Source of the DNA: Hydrolagus affinis | Lineage: Eukaryota | Reading direction: 5' to 3' | Assembly: GCA_012026655.1 (NCBI GenBank) | Contig: JAAILG010000631.1 | Coordinates: 1 to 64,000, forward strand | Length of the DNA stretch: 64,000 bases | Shown: positions 49,877 to 63,643 of the stretch, one piece after another | Numbering within the stretch: position 1 is the stretch's first letter | How the letters are laid out: each line of letters begins with the position of its first letter | Made by a program: the position numbers and the translations under genes | Notes under the pieces: generated by a model | The model's database searches: none | What the model was told of the DNA's origin: nothing | What the model saw: only the letters and a program-made list of their open reading frames with translations

Positions 49877-51149
49877 CTTTCAAAGATATGAACTTCCAGC
49901 TTCTAAATTATATTTCTGGATGTGGTGGGCATGGATGCTTGAATCCCTTGAGCAGTTCGGAGTCATTTTGCAGCACATGGCAGCACAACAACAAATTACA
50001 TTTGTATAACGCCTGTCACGTCAGGAGGATTTCCCAAGGCTCTGGCTATGCCATGATCCCTGCGGTTGCTGCATATCCTATTTTGTATTGGAATGACTGA
50101 ATAGAATCCAGCATCTTTTAACTGGTTAACATTTGTATTCTGTAAGTGTCCACTGTGCTCAGGAGCCAGCTTCACTTTTGCTGACTGAAAACGCACGGTG
50201 GTCGGATTTCTTGTCATTCCTTTAACTATTCCTGTAATACTGCCAAATGCTCACAACAATGGCACATTTCCCAACTACAGCGGGCAAGTGGCTGCTTGAG
50301 TAGTCAAATGATATTCAGAATTGGCAGCCTTCCATTGAAGTAACAGGGCGCAGCAGGCTGCAAGTGGAAGCTTAATAAAGTATAAACTACCTCAAAGTAC
50401 TCCCCTCCCCCTCCGCCCAATGAAATTTATGAGCTGCAACTGCCTTCACAGTTGTACAAAAAGAAGCTGTGCTAATTCTATAGTGGGAACCGCGTTATAA
50501 AGCAGGGGTTGAATGCATAAATTCCCAAACTATAGCGAGGTGCGATCGCAGCCTTTCATTGTATGTGCGTGCAGCTCGCTGGCTCACTCTGTGCACTCCA
50601 TTGACCTTTCGCGTCATCAGATCACTGGTTGCTGTGCGCAAGCAAAGCAGAAGTGATGACGGCGGTGACTTTATGACTAGCAATTCATTTTTCCCTTGAC
50701 TCCTGAAAACATTAGATTGCTGGTTTTATAATTTGTAACATTATGACCTTGTATGTGACCCCTTTTCTAACTTTTGAATCCTTTTGTGGCAACCGTTGAA
50801 GATAGTGGAGACTTTAGTATTTGGGTGCTGGAAATGTGAATTAACCACTGTAGGTTAATTGGGCATTTCGGAACCAATAATTTAACTGTGATTTTGACGC
50901 AAACCAAAGAAGTCACATGAGGAAGTAGAGTTTACCACTGACACAAATGCAAGCTGTTATTTTTAGAATAAAAGATGGCAATGTTCTGACGATAGAGAGG
51001 TACATGGTTTGAGATAATTGGATTGAAAACAGGAATGTTGTAAATCCACAGCAGGCAAAATTAGCATCTGAAAGACAATGAAAATTTGGTTACGTTGCAA
51101 GCATGACACAGCATGAGGCAAAAGGACACGAGGAAAGTTTATTAATCTG

Positions 51150-51215
51150 CCCAGGTAGCAAGCGCATATGGGACAAATTGGGTTGATCCATGCCCATATG
51201 GGCTTGCTACCTGGG
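51150..51215. mobile_element. 66-bp MITE-like element: 23-bp TIRs (22/23) starting CCCAG, flanked by TG on both sides
   Basis: tg|cccaggtagcaagcgcatatggg-20 nt-cccatatgggcttgctacctggg|tg. Confidence 0.65.
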
Positions 51216-51875
51216 TGATATCTAGAATTACCTTTGTCGAATTAAATAAATTGAAATGTGAAAATAAAAGATAAACAATTGATTAGGTGTACACTGCAAA
51301 ACAATTATGCAAATTAAGTATTCATCAATTATTCCCAATCTTATCTGTGTACAGACCATCTTTCTTGAATAAGTTCCTTTCATGTGATATAAGTCCTCCA
51401 TTGTCTAATCATTTTCAACATATGCCGTTTATTGAAATCAATTGATTACTTCTCATTCTTTGTATCCAAACAAGTATTATCAGATTTACATCTTTCACTG
51501 TATTGATCTTGAACTGTATTCTGTGTGTGATGGGAAGCCAGGGGAGTTGGACGAGGATTGGGTGACAGGCCACACAACCCGGTGCAGGAAAAGATATGGG
51601 CTGCATAGATCTGGATGATCTGCAGCCTAGGGAGGGAAGAGTTAGGGCCGACAATGAGGGAGTTTGCCTAATCAAGCCTGTAAGATAGAATATGTACTGG
51701 AAACAATGTATTCTTGATTGGATTTTATTTTAGTAGATTTACATCACTGCATTGTTATAAAGTTATGGATTCTTTCTTTGCTGTTTGGCCTGAAAGGAAT
51801 GGGAAAACTAAAGTAAGCTATATTATATAAAGCAGTCGACATGCAGGAAGAGTAATAAATCTGTTTTTTTCCCAG

Positions 51876-51993
51876 GTACCACGAATTGCTTTTTATCATC
51901 GATACCTGTCAGGGTGCATCCATGTATGAAAAATTTTATTCTCCTAATGTTATGGCTCTGGCTAGCAGCCAAATTGGGGAGGACTCCCTTTCA
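51876..51993 (+). CDS. PIGK: PIGK exon 7, catalytic Cys (YHELLFIIDTCQGASMYEKFYSPNVMALASSQIGEDSLS)
   Basis: ccag|G TAC...TCA|gtaag, 118 bp. Confidence 0.97.
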
Positions 51994-52308
51994 GTAAGTC
52001 TGGATCTTTATTGATTGTACATATTACAGTGCGACAGAATCCACCTGTCTGCCCACAATTAACAAAAGCAAATTAAAGTTAAGTGAACAGTTAAAAGTGT
52101 CAATCTAAATAGAAGACACCAACAAACTATGGTGCAGAGACTTTCTCCATAGGATTGTAATGGTGTTACATTGTATTCAGTTGAAAAAATGAGGATATTC
52201 TTGTTCAGTGAAGGATGATGCACTTTAATAATTTAAATGCACTTTTTAATGAAATGATCTGATTTAGCTTTATCAACCTTTTAACATTTGATCCTTCATT
52301 TTCATCAG

Positions 52309-52419
52309 CACCAACCAGATCTTGCCATTGGGGTTCATCTGATGGACAGATATACTTATTATCTTCTTAAATTTTTAGAGGATATTCATCCAGCCAGCCA
52401 GAACAACATGGACGACTTG
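52309..52419 (+). CDS. PIGK: PIGK exon 8 (HQPDLAIGVHLMDRYTYYLLKFLEDIHPASQNNMDDL)
   Basis: tcag|CAC...TTG|gtgag, 111 bp. Confidence 0.96.
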
Positions 52420-52980
52420 GTGAGTAACATTTCATTTTGGAGCATTATTAATTCAGTGCATATAAGTCTATAATAATGATGAGTTGTTGAAAGACCCTCC
52501 TAACACAATTGATTAGGTAAAAGGCAATTGTAAATTTAGGTCTACAGATAGTTCTAATTGGTAAAACATTTCTAAATGAAAAGAGATGGTCATAATTTTA
52601 ATTGCTTTAAATTAAAAAAGGAATCTGAAAGCAGTTTGAATTTAGAGGCTTTGAAATTTTCTTTTCAGTTAAAGGTGGCTGGCTGTGAACCTGCCCTTTT
52701 GCGGCTTTGTTAGGTTTGATATTTTACTGAAGCTGGTAGATGAAAGCAGTGCTTTGAAAGCAGACTTTAGAGAATGTCTCACACTGTACTTAAAAAAAAA
52801 CTAAATTATGCATAACTAACCTGCTTATTACAAAAATTATTTGGATTCTAAAAGTGTAATCTTTATATAATGTTTAGAATTTTGACCATTTTATACACAA
52901 AAGTACACACATATTTGTCTTGTGAGCTTTTGACATCTTGATCTTCTTCCCGATTTATAATTCGCACTTTTTTTTTCCAG

Positions 52981-53153
52981 TTCAAAGTCTGTCCTAGAAG
53001 CTTGTGTGTTTCTACCCCTGGACATCGGACTGATTTGTTTCAGAGAGATTCTTGGCGTGTTCTCATCACAGATTTCTTTGGCAGCGTACGGAAAGTGGAA
53101 ATAACTACTGATATCATAAAATTAATCCCTAATGACACCATAACTGAATTGAG
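52981..53153 (+). CDS. PIGK: PIGK exon 9 (FKVCPRSLCVSTPGHRTDLFQRD...LITDFFGSVRKVEIT...)
   Basis: ccag|TTC...AG|gtaag, 173 bp, phase 0-2. Confidence 0.96.
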
Positions 53154-56100
53154 GTAAGCAAGAATAGGTAAGGGCTTAGGTGTGACACTTTGACACAGGG
53201 ATTGGAATGCTGCACACCTGAGGCATTGAATCAAACACGATCTTTGAGTAAAAACACAGGCAATAAATTAATAGAATATAGAATTGTATCATACCATTAA
53301 ATTGTGTTCCGAGGAAGAGCCTTTAAGGGGAAAAATGGAGGTGGAAAATAAACTCCTCTGAAGGCGTTTGTGTCAATGGCAAAGGCATGACCATGCAACA
53401 TGTTAGAATAGTTCACAGTTACCTCACACAGACAATTATCGAATTAAGATTTCACCACAAATATCAGATAAGGTCAAATTTTTAAAACCAGATTGCAGTT
53501 GTACAGTATGTTTTGTCATTTTGACATCTCTTCTGGTCATAGTGGTTAGTCATAAAAAGTACTATGCTTCAGGAATAGGTGGGATCTTTGAATAATTCTT
53601 GGTCCATAAGATCTGAATTGCTTTCTCTTTTGTGGGTTTTGCAAGCAGTGCTGTGTGCCTGACCAGTTGTGTGAGGCAACTGAACTGTACCTTAGCACAA
53701 GTCAGCACTTAGAGTGTAAGATGAAACGACTGAATTGAGAGCAATGGGTAGGCGGATCATTAACGCAGGCATGACGTGTTTTTTGAAGCGGCTGCTTTTT
53801 ATTTTGACTGCTTGCTATGATGTTCACAACTGTGCTCACCTGATGGTGTCACCTTAGATCAGAATCCACTGGACCAGCTAAAGCGCCAGGAGAGGCAGCA
53901 CAGAGGCAGCAGAGAGACCCGGGGGAAAAAAGTAACCGTTTCACGACTGGAATTAGTTTAAATGTTATTCAATTTGTTAGTTTATTTTTTAAAACCTGCG
54001 TTGCGCTTCTTTTGGTTTCAACTACAGAACATCATTTCAGTAGTCAGTTAAGGAATTTGTTACATGGTGCTCCCCGAAACCACTTTGTATGCACTAGAAT
54101 TTAAATATGATTTTTTTCTACTAAATTGTTACTCAGCAAGCAAGAAACAAGTAAATAATAAACAATAAATAAATAAGCAACCAAGCAAGCAATCAAATAT
54201 GGTGAGAAATATGTCAAATTACTGGGACAAAGTGAAATTGGAAATATTACCTGAATTTCTATACTATAATCGTATTAAATGTTTGCCTTCCTGAATAATT
54301 TCAATATAATTTCCCCACAAACCATTGTCTTGCAAGTCATTACATTGCACAGTCACTACACTTTACAGTATATCCTGCGAAATGCATTTAGACATCCTCG
54401 CAATGTGAAAAGCGAGGAACCAAATGTAAAGGTTATTATTATTAATATTTACTAAACACTGCTATGCTTACAGCTATAGTGCAGTAGGTGGCAGTCATGC
54501 TCTTTCACCATTTGTGTTTCTAAGTTACTAGAGATTGTTTTTGCAGTTAAAAAAATAAATAACACCCCCTGGTTTTTGAACTGTGAAAATGCCAACTTCA
54601 GAGATCAGTGATAATGCCTTGAATTTTATGGTTCCCTAAGAGGATCCCTAAATAACAACAACTTGGATTTATGTAGCGCCCTTCACTTGGTAGTGTCCTG
54701 GAGTGCTTAATTTAAAAAAAATTGAAGAGGTGAATTTCAGCCGTTGTAATCAAGACAGCTGACTGAGTCTCGGGAGTCACATTTCCCGTCGTGCTGAAAT
54801 AAGGTAGTTCGATAGAAGGGACTTTTAAAATTCATTTTAAATTGTTTTTGTGTGCTTCTGCCACATAAGTTCCCTGGTGTATTCACACAATGTGAAGCCC
54901 AGCAACAAAGCAGTGTCAGATGATCTTTTAAGTGGTGATTCATCCAGCTGGACTGAACGATGCTGGTGTTGGAGGTGCACCCATGCATGCAAACATACAC
55001 GTCAGCAGATCTTGGTTGTGTATCAAACAGTAGTTCCAGCCTGTTAGCTCGGCTTGGCCTTACAGCATTGCGGCATTTGGAGTTTACCCTAATTTGTTTG
55101 CTGCTTTCGAGTACGGACAGAAAATAAATTAGTGGATTCTGTCGTATATAAATTTAATTTACAGAAATGAACTGGAGAATCACATTGAATTTAATCGTTG
55201 AATCAGAACATTTTATACACCTCTCGAATGTAAATGGAGAAATATTCTTTGGGTCATTTGCAAGGGTTTATCTTCTGCTTTAATTATTGGTCTTTCCAAG
55301 ACAAATTGTAGCTGTGTGCTATGCAAATGTAATTTTGTTGTTGATGAACACGAGTCTATCACTCGGCGGGCTGTTACCTTTCCTAATATTAAAGCCGACT
55401 CAATGCCATAAATTAAAGGATCACTATTGTTATTAGGAGTCTTTGCCAAACAATGAAATAATCATGCAGCGATTGTCAGAAAGCATCTTTTCATTAAAAA
55501 AAATTTACTTTTTGTGGGGGACAAAAATGACACATGGATATTCAACCATTCTAATTCTCTGGAGACGGGAAATGTTTTTAAACTTTTATTCCATTTCATT
55601 CTACAATATTATGTTGTCAATGGCACTTTCTATACAGTTTCTATAATTGAACATATATAGTATAAATAAAATAGGGTTGAAGTTCTGGCAGGTAGACACA
55701 CGTTGAAAAAGTTAATACCGGTTTTTATTCCCCAATTTAGTTGTGTTGAGAGATGCCCTAGAAACAGTGCCTGAGATAACGTATAATTATAATAATCTTC
55801 GATTTTTTATATCTTCGTTGAGATGTCTCAAAGTGTTTCACTGGATATACTTTAAAGTGAATTGACTATGTTTTGTGGGCAAAATAAATAATGGTCTAAT
55901 TATATGGTCTGCGATAGGTATTTTTTTTACATTAGAATCCTTTAAAAACATGTATGTTCTTTGTCTATCTTTAAAGATTAAAAAGAGAAGGGAGTTTCCA
56001 CCAGTATCCTGGTGGAAGTCGGTCATTCTCTTAATGACTATTTGAGTGACTGCTATATATAAATTATCATGTTTATCTATCTAATACAGTCCACTTTTCA

Positions 56101-57933
56101 GTAAATCTTATGAACAGCTTTGAGACATCCTCCTAATGTCAATGTTGCTTTCCCAACCGTAAGGATTATTATTAGGTTGCTTTGAGTTTCCAGTCAGGAA
56201 AGTGATACAGCAGATGTTTACTGTCATTTCTCTTTGGTTCTTTGTGTAATTTGGTCTGCCCCTGTGATTCCAGGAACAGTATTATGTTTTGCTGCCTCAG
56301 TTAAAGGATAACCTAAAGTCTTCAATTATATCCTTGCTCCAAATAAGTCCCCAATCAACAATTGCAGCTAATGATCTTCTCACATACCCACAGTAGAAAA
56401 AACACACAAAATACTTCAAGAACCTTGCACGAAAAATATTAAAATGAAGAGTAGATAGGTCTCTATAGAATTTGTATGGGCTTTATATTGGCAAGGATGC
56501 CTAATAAATATTTGTGCTGTTAGATATCATGACAAAGAACCTTATAAAGGAATACACTACATTTGGGAGAAGTATGTTTCTAGTTACTCTAGCAAATTGA
56601 TGCCAATGCTTATTGAAGGTGCAGTTAATAACTGCAGTAGTTAAAAGCGCGACAACAAGCCAGCACACTGAATAATTATGAATAATGCTGATTTAGGTTT
56701 TTGTGAAGCTATGTGAAATGATAATGAATGTTCTGCAAGAGGAATGATTCAATTATCCACGATGACCAGCCATCAGACATCTACTTAAAAAAAACCTCAG
56801 TTGGTTGAATTAAATGATAACATTTACGTGTTACGTGCCAGGAATGACCAAATTACCTCGGCCTTTTTTTTAAAATAAAACAAATCAAAATTGAGGTAAT
56901 GTAAATATAGCGACTTCAGAAGAGCACTGAAGAGGATTGATCATCTTATACCACAATTTGCACATAAATTAGTTCAGGGTCAGTGACATTCGTGGAAAAA
57001 CTCATTTTTAACTGTCGATATGGGCATGCAGCGTTATTTGCTTGCTTTATTTGTGGGATAGTAGAATGATTAAATCAAATATCAGATCAACAGCTTTTCC
57101 TACAGCTCTTCCATAGCTCTTTTTATCTTTGCCTTTCAGAGAATGTTGCGCATTGCTGCTCTAAATGGAAATATAAACCTGGATTAAAGTATTTCTTTTT
57201 TTGCAGAGATTATTGTAAATAATCAGTCCATTTGCACTATGTAGTTCCTTTTCTGCATTCTGCAATCAGCATATTGTTTCTAATTTTTTTTGAAAGGGGG
57301 ATAAAGTGAAACATACTGTACACCTTTTGGGGCAATTTTTTTTCATAGACTTCCCCTTTTTCCCTTCTCTCCCTCTCATCTTATTTCTCTATTTGCATGA
57401 TATGGCAGACAGACTGCTTCTTCAAGGCTTTTGTTGATGATTTGGCCGCAAAGAGTTATTGCATGACTAGCGATGATGCGGAAAATTGTGAATGGTGCAT
57501 CACCCCATGTTTATTTCCAAAACAACAATTTATTTTGTAAGAAATAGCAGCACGATTTGATCTAAAATAATGGGAAGTGGTTGTGATATTTAACTGACTA
57601 CAAGAGAGGAGTTTAAACTGTGATAATTTATAAAGATGTAAAGGCTGTCTTGGTACGTATTAATATTACAAAGCAGTATTCATCTTTACAGAAGGAGGCC
57701 ATTTGGCCCATTGTGCCGGGGTAGGCTAACAACTAGTTTTCCTTGAATTCATCTGGATTGATTATCCAATGCAGCTTTTTAATGTATTGCATATTGATTT
57801 TCAAATAATTTAATGATAAATAATAATTTGAAATGCATTGGTTGCATGTATAATATTAAATCATAGTTTTTTTTATGTGGATTTGATTGTTGCAGCTGTG
57901 TTATTACTAAATGGTATAATATTTTGTTTTCAG

Positions 57934-58009
57934 TTTAGAGCCAGAACATCTGTCAACTGAAAAATTAAAATATGATGATCAGCTTTCTGTGCCTCAGATA
58001 ATTCATCAG
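57934..58009 (+). CDS. PIGK: PIGK exon 10 (SLEPEHLSTEKLKYDDQLSVPQIIHQ)
   Basis: ttcag|T TTA...CAG|gtaag, 76 bp, phase 2-0; resembles human LKYAEQLPVAQIIHQ. Confidence 0.92.
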
Positions 58010-61000
58010 GTAAGATTAAAACCCTTTTCACATATATACTATATATATATATGAGCTGTATTTAGCTATAGTATTTGAATTATAATATTAGTCCAGCTTT
58101 TGTCTGTCAATTCAAAGCTATTTATAAACAAAACATCCTCTCCAATATATTGTATGCATATCATTCTAGGAAGCTTGTAAGTTTATAATGGATTAAAATT
58201 TATATATTGATGCATGATATTTTTCACATTGCTTCTTAGTTGTGTATAGCTTTTAATCATCGCATTAAACATGTAAATCTGTTGTTAAAATGCAATCCCA
58301 TGAAACCTGTTACTTCTGTTCTGCATAAATACTCCCAGATGCACACAGTTCTAATTGAATAAAAACTCTCGAATATTCATCCATCCTTGTTGCTCAAACC
58401 TGGTCTACTTTTCACAGACAACATTCCTTGCCTCCCCTGCTCCAACAGCACATAAAGCATTTTGCCCAAGGAGACAATTGCACCCATTCCTTTATCTACC
58501 CATACAATTCCCTAACAAATATTTATCAGATTAATTTTGAAGGAGTGTAAAGAAAGCAGCTGGAATTAATTTATATAACTTCTGAATTAGATTTCGTACC
58601 TTTAGCTTACTCGTTGCAATTAGATTTGTTTTGTATCAGAGTAAAATGCCAGTACTTCACCTACAAACACTGAGTTTGGTACATCTTTCCCTCAGGACAG
58701 CCTACTTGACATTAAGACCAAAGGTCATTCTACTCAGACTCACTCAGATGACACCTTTCTGTTTTGTAGTACGTTTTAAAAAATGTTAAAAAAAAATCAC
58801 GGGCATCATTTATTGTCATGGATATATACTATGTACATATTTTTAATATTTTTATGTACATTTTGAGCTCAAGAAGAAGTATTAGTACCATTGAGAGCCT
58901 CCTACTGCATTATTATAGATGTTTCAATTCCCTGCAGTAGCTCTCAGTATGGCCTTGCTAGGTAAGATTGCCAATTATTATTGAATTATAGGCTGTATTC
59001 TGTGGACTCATGCCCACTAGGAGCTTAATGAAGAATGTTCAAACTCAGTTCGCCTTGGATCATTATAGCTGTCAGAGAGGGACTTTCATAACATGAGTTG
59101 GGTCTGGTTATAAATCTGAATTTGAGATTTTAAAAGAATGGTTCTTTTCTCTTTTCCCCCCATATTATTTTGCAAACAAATTCTCGAAAAACAATGTTCT
59201 GTTCATCCAATTGCTAATGGCTAGGTTTATACAAGTTAAAAACTGTAGAGCTATGCCTGAGGTTTGTAGAGGTTCTCGGGGTTGTGCTATAATTGAGAGG
59301 TAATCTGAAGGGGGAAGTCTTTTGCTTTAGCATTACCTTGTTATGTAATTAGGTATTATTCTGAAACATTCCCTTTGGACGAGTTTAATTTGAAACTGGA
59401 AACCTTTCTAGGTAAATACTGACTTATGTGGAAATTAGTTGTGGAGCAACAGTAGAACTTATCCCATTAATTATCATGTTTCAGACAGATGGGAAAAATA
59501 TATTTCTCTTTGTATTACTTACATTTCCAGTGTGTTCAAGTTCAGAATTTCTTCATGAATATAGTACTAGATTCCCGCCCTACCTCAACCCCTCCCCCCC
59601 CCCCCACTCTCCAAAAGAAATGCATTTTGAAGATATTTTTCCCCCCCTAGTGATTATCTTTTTGAAGTTAACCAGCCAAAGTGGGAGATCTGTGGCGATC
59701 AGAATACGTAGAACCACATGTATTTTGACCGTTTGTTAATCTATGTCTTTTGAGTGCAGTAGCCACAGCAGAATAGCTCCAGGTGGAATGGTGCTCTCCT
59801 TTCTCAGCCCGATGATTGGCATTTATGCCAATATTTCAGAAAAAATATATATATATGAAGAAAGTATGTAGATTTTGCTGTCACATTTACACTAAATGCT
59901 ACTCTGTGTAGAAAATGAGATAAGCCTTTATGTTTTCACTAAAAAAAATTGACTCGAGGGGTGTTCGGGCTTTGATTGACAGCCTCACCTTAGGGAAAAT
60001 CATTGATGTGCCCAGTAAATGGAAGATTGAAAATCAGAAATGTCTTGCATGACAGAGACCCACCGAGAGGTTCCTGGAGCTTTAGATGACCTAACAGGCT
60101 GCAAAAGCACGTACTTAAAATTCACTCTTCATAGCTGGGTCTTCCGATTAAATAAAATGAACAGCGCGACAGGCAAGTTGTCAATATATTTTCATAAGCA
60201 AGACTGAACATAGTAATAAGTTTGCTAGCCTTATGAAATAGTGGTCTGATTGTGGCATTGTAACTGCAGTACAGCTCTGTTGAATGTAGAATTGGAACTG
60301 GTATAAAATGTGTATGAGGGCTGGCCAGTGTCTGTGGGAGGGGGGAAGCAGATTGATACCGTAGATTAGCATACTCTCGTTTAAGCTTTAGAACCTCTCA
60401 TTTGAACGTGGCTCAGAATAATGGATGAAAATCTTCTAGCTGCTTCCTATATACCATGTGAAATTAGTTTGGGGAGTCTCAACAGAACTGTAAGGAGGTG
60501 CAGTCTGAAACCACAAAGCTGCCTAAAAATTGCCAGTTTTCACTCAGGGAATCCTCAAGGATTGGTGAAATAATGAGAAGGATACCATTTATGAAACATT
60601 AAGGCATATTATTGAGCAGAATGTTTTCATTTAATTCCTACATAAATAGGAAAAAAAATTATTCAGATCTTTAGTCACGATCAGAAATATGCTGGAACTG
60701 TATTGATCCTCTTTGACTTTTGTACTTGACTAAAGAAACCTTTCTTGGAAAATGCTTTGCCTTTTGTTGTGCTGGGTCCAAGAATTCCAAGAATTTCACC
60801 TATTTGCCCCCACTCATCCAAACGAAGTCACATACGTACAGATCACTAATCCTGTGGTTGAAATTTGAGAAAAAACAGTTAACATTTTGGATTCAATTCG
60901 AAAAGATCCAGGGAATCTGTACTATCCACGTACAGCAACTTCTTACAGATATATATTTTGAAAATTAATGCGCAGCCAGACCTGCAATGTGACCTGCGTA

Positions 61001-62282
61001 TTAGGATAGCTTTGGTTTGTGTTCAAAATAGACTTACCTAAATCATGTATTTGCTGTATAGCTATTGCTACGCCCACATTTGTCATTCCCCATGATTCAT
61101 TACATCCCTAGTGCAAGTGGAAAGCATAGTATTTTCTGATTATGGAAATGCTATACAGCTCAATTGCTGGACAAATTGTTCCTTAGAACTCTACCATTGT
61201 ATGCTGTACTATTCATCTGTTACTTTTTACTTGGGGCACAGATTCGTAATGTATTAATTGCAATGTTATCACCTAGATTTAATTAACCTGCCTGATTTGA
61301 TGCAGTTGAACATCTTTTTTCATTAAACAAAGGACAATGCAGAGCAATAATTCACCGCGTAGCTAATTACTTAGTTGTGGCATTGCACACAGTTATTGTT
61401 GGCTGTTCAGGAACAGATGATATTGCAAGTTTGAAGGGGTCAGATTTTACCAGTGTAACTGGAAACATGATTGATGTTAGGTTTGTACATTTAAAATGAA
61501 TTCATAATGATAGACAGAAGGTGTAGTAGACTTAAATTATTGTAAAGTTCTTCAATAAACTAACACCAAATGAAAGGAAAATGAATTGTAGCTCCTGAAG
61601 AAATTGTGGAAATCACAATTTAACAATCAATACGAGTTTATATTTTATTACATTGTAAATCCATTAAAATTTGAGTGATAATACATTCAGATTAACAATA
61701 ACAACTTGCATTTATATAACGCCCTTCATGCGTTCTGGAGCACTTCAGATTAAAAGCTTCTGTTGATGAAAAATAACTGTATTCCGTGGTTTACAACAGC
61801 AACTTGTTTATACAGTGGTGTAGTCTCGGGTGGGGTATTATTTGTTTGATGGACTACTTTGAAAACTTTTGAGCTGAAAGCTAACATCACATAACTACAC
61901 GTTCACCTCTGACAAGGCGCTCTTCTTCAGAAACCAAATGGCCATTGAATGAACAAAGAGCAGAAAAGTTGACCTAAGAATAAAACTTGCCTCACTCTCT
62001 CCTACATAAAATACACTGACTTAAACCATGTGTTCCACTGACATGTTTAACTGTGCTTCTAGCTTTCACGCTACATTACAGACAACATGGTTCAGCTGCA
62101 CCACTTCATAGTTCTAGCCCACACTTACAGAATTAATGTCCACAATGCATCAAGCTACAGAGTCTGCCCAAACACCCTAACATCATCAGTATAACAACAC
62201 TCACTTTGCTGATTTATTTTTGAATGCAATGAGTCATGTTGCAATGCTATTGCCTCACAAGCTTTAATAGAAATTTATTATT

Positions 62283-62425
62283 CAGAGACGCTGTCTTTCA
62301 GATGAGACATTAAACATCATTCCACATCTGCCAGTTCAGGTGGATGTTAAAAATCTCCCATAGTGCTTTTTGAAAAGATTAGGGAGTTTCTTTCTTCCAG
62401 TGTCCTGACCGACAATCCCCCAAAT
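62283..62425 (+). mobile_element. Deu-domain SINE remnant (SacSINE1/AmnSINE1-like); a related head fragment lies at about 8970-9070
   Basis: gctgtctttcagatgagacattaaac...caggtggatgttaaaaatctcccatagtgc...gggagtt...gtgtcctg, recalled from the Deu core. Confidence 0.65.
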
Positions 62426-63157
62426 AAAATCTCCCTCATTTGCGTGTGCACACACACACAGACACACACACACACCCATGAACCCCCATACATCCACCCA
62501 CACACCACACATGTAAGAATCTCGTCATTAAATTTTGTCTGCACACCAGGCAACATACCATCCTTTCCTGAGGTAATAATCCCTCCAAAACAATAAATGT
62601 AAGAATGAATTTCAACACAGATTTTTTTTAACTCAGCAAAGTACTGAATGTGGTATTGACCTGTAACTCTGCCCTTTTCAGAGAATATAATTACATTTTT
62701 CTAGTGATGTTTTTTAAACATTTGTAATTTTCTACTGTGTTGTATCTTGGTGATATTGGGAAATGCCACCATCATTCCAGATTCAGCTGATACTTGCATA
62801 TATTTTATTACTAAGAACAGTAAATTCATGTTAAAGAATCCAACTTTCCTTCAGCATGGTAAATATTCAATATTGACTATGGAACGATGCCTTTAGAGAA
62901 ATATATTTATAATCTGAAAGGGTGGAAAAATAATAATGTTTGAGAACGATTTTGGCTATTGAATATAATTGCATTCCTTGTCACCTTAATGTTGAGTTAT
63001 TTTGTTCATTTTGGAGTCTATTCTGTCCCTTTGGTGCCTTGATATCAAGAATAATTTCTATCATACTGGTGAAACATCGAAAATGTAACTTTTGTGCCTA
63101 TATGATGCCATTCATTATTGTATAATAGTTCAACATATCAATGTAATTATGGTCGTA

Positions 63158-63642
63158 CATAGAATCATAGAATTTTATGGCACAAAAGGAGGTCATTCAG
63201 CCCATCTAGTCTGTGCTGGCTCTTTGAAAAGAGCAATTCAATCCCACTGCCTCACTCTCTCCCCATAATCTAACAGACTTGTTCTCCCTAAATAAAGATC
63301 TAATTCTCTTTTAAAAGCTGTTATCGAATTGGCCTCCATCACCTTTTCAGGCAATGCATTCCAGATTCGAACAACTCGCTGAGTGAAAAAATTTCTCCTC
63401 AGCTCTCCTCTGCTTTGTTTTGAAACTATTTTAAATCTGTGACCACAATGGAAACAGTTTTTCCTTATTCACCCTGTCGAATCCCCTTATGATTTTATAA
63501 ACCTCTATTAGGTGTCCTCTCAAGCTTCTCTGTTCCAAAGAGAATAAACCAAGCCTATCTAGCCTTTCCCCATAACTGAAGTCCCTCAATCCTGGTACCA
63601 TTCTAGTAAACCTTCTTTGCACCCTTTCCAATGCCGTAACAT
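63158..63642 (-). mobile_element. CR1 LINE 3' end (continues after the nested SINE, 63983-64000)
   Basis: ORF 63431-63700 LERVQRRFTRMVPGL...LGLFSLEQRSLRGHLIEVYKII; (catagaat)2 tail. Confidence 0.92.
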
Positions 63643-63643
63643 T

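Noticed and set aside
50653-50706. C/D box snoRNA (GTGATGA...CTGA)
   Set aside because: Only about 54 nt, no terminal stem and no recognisable guide
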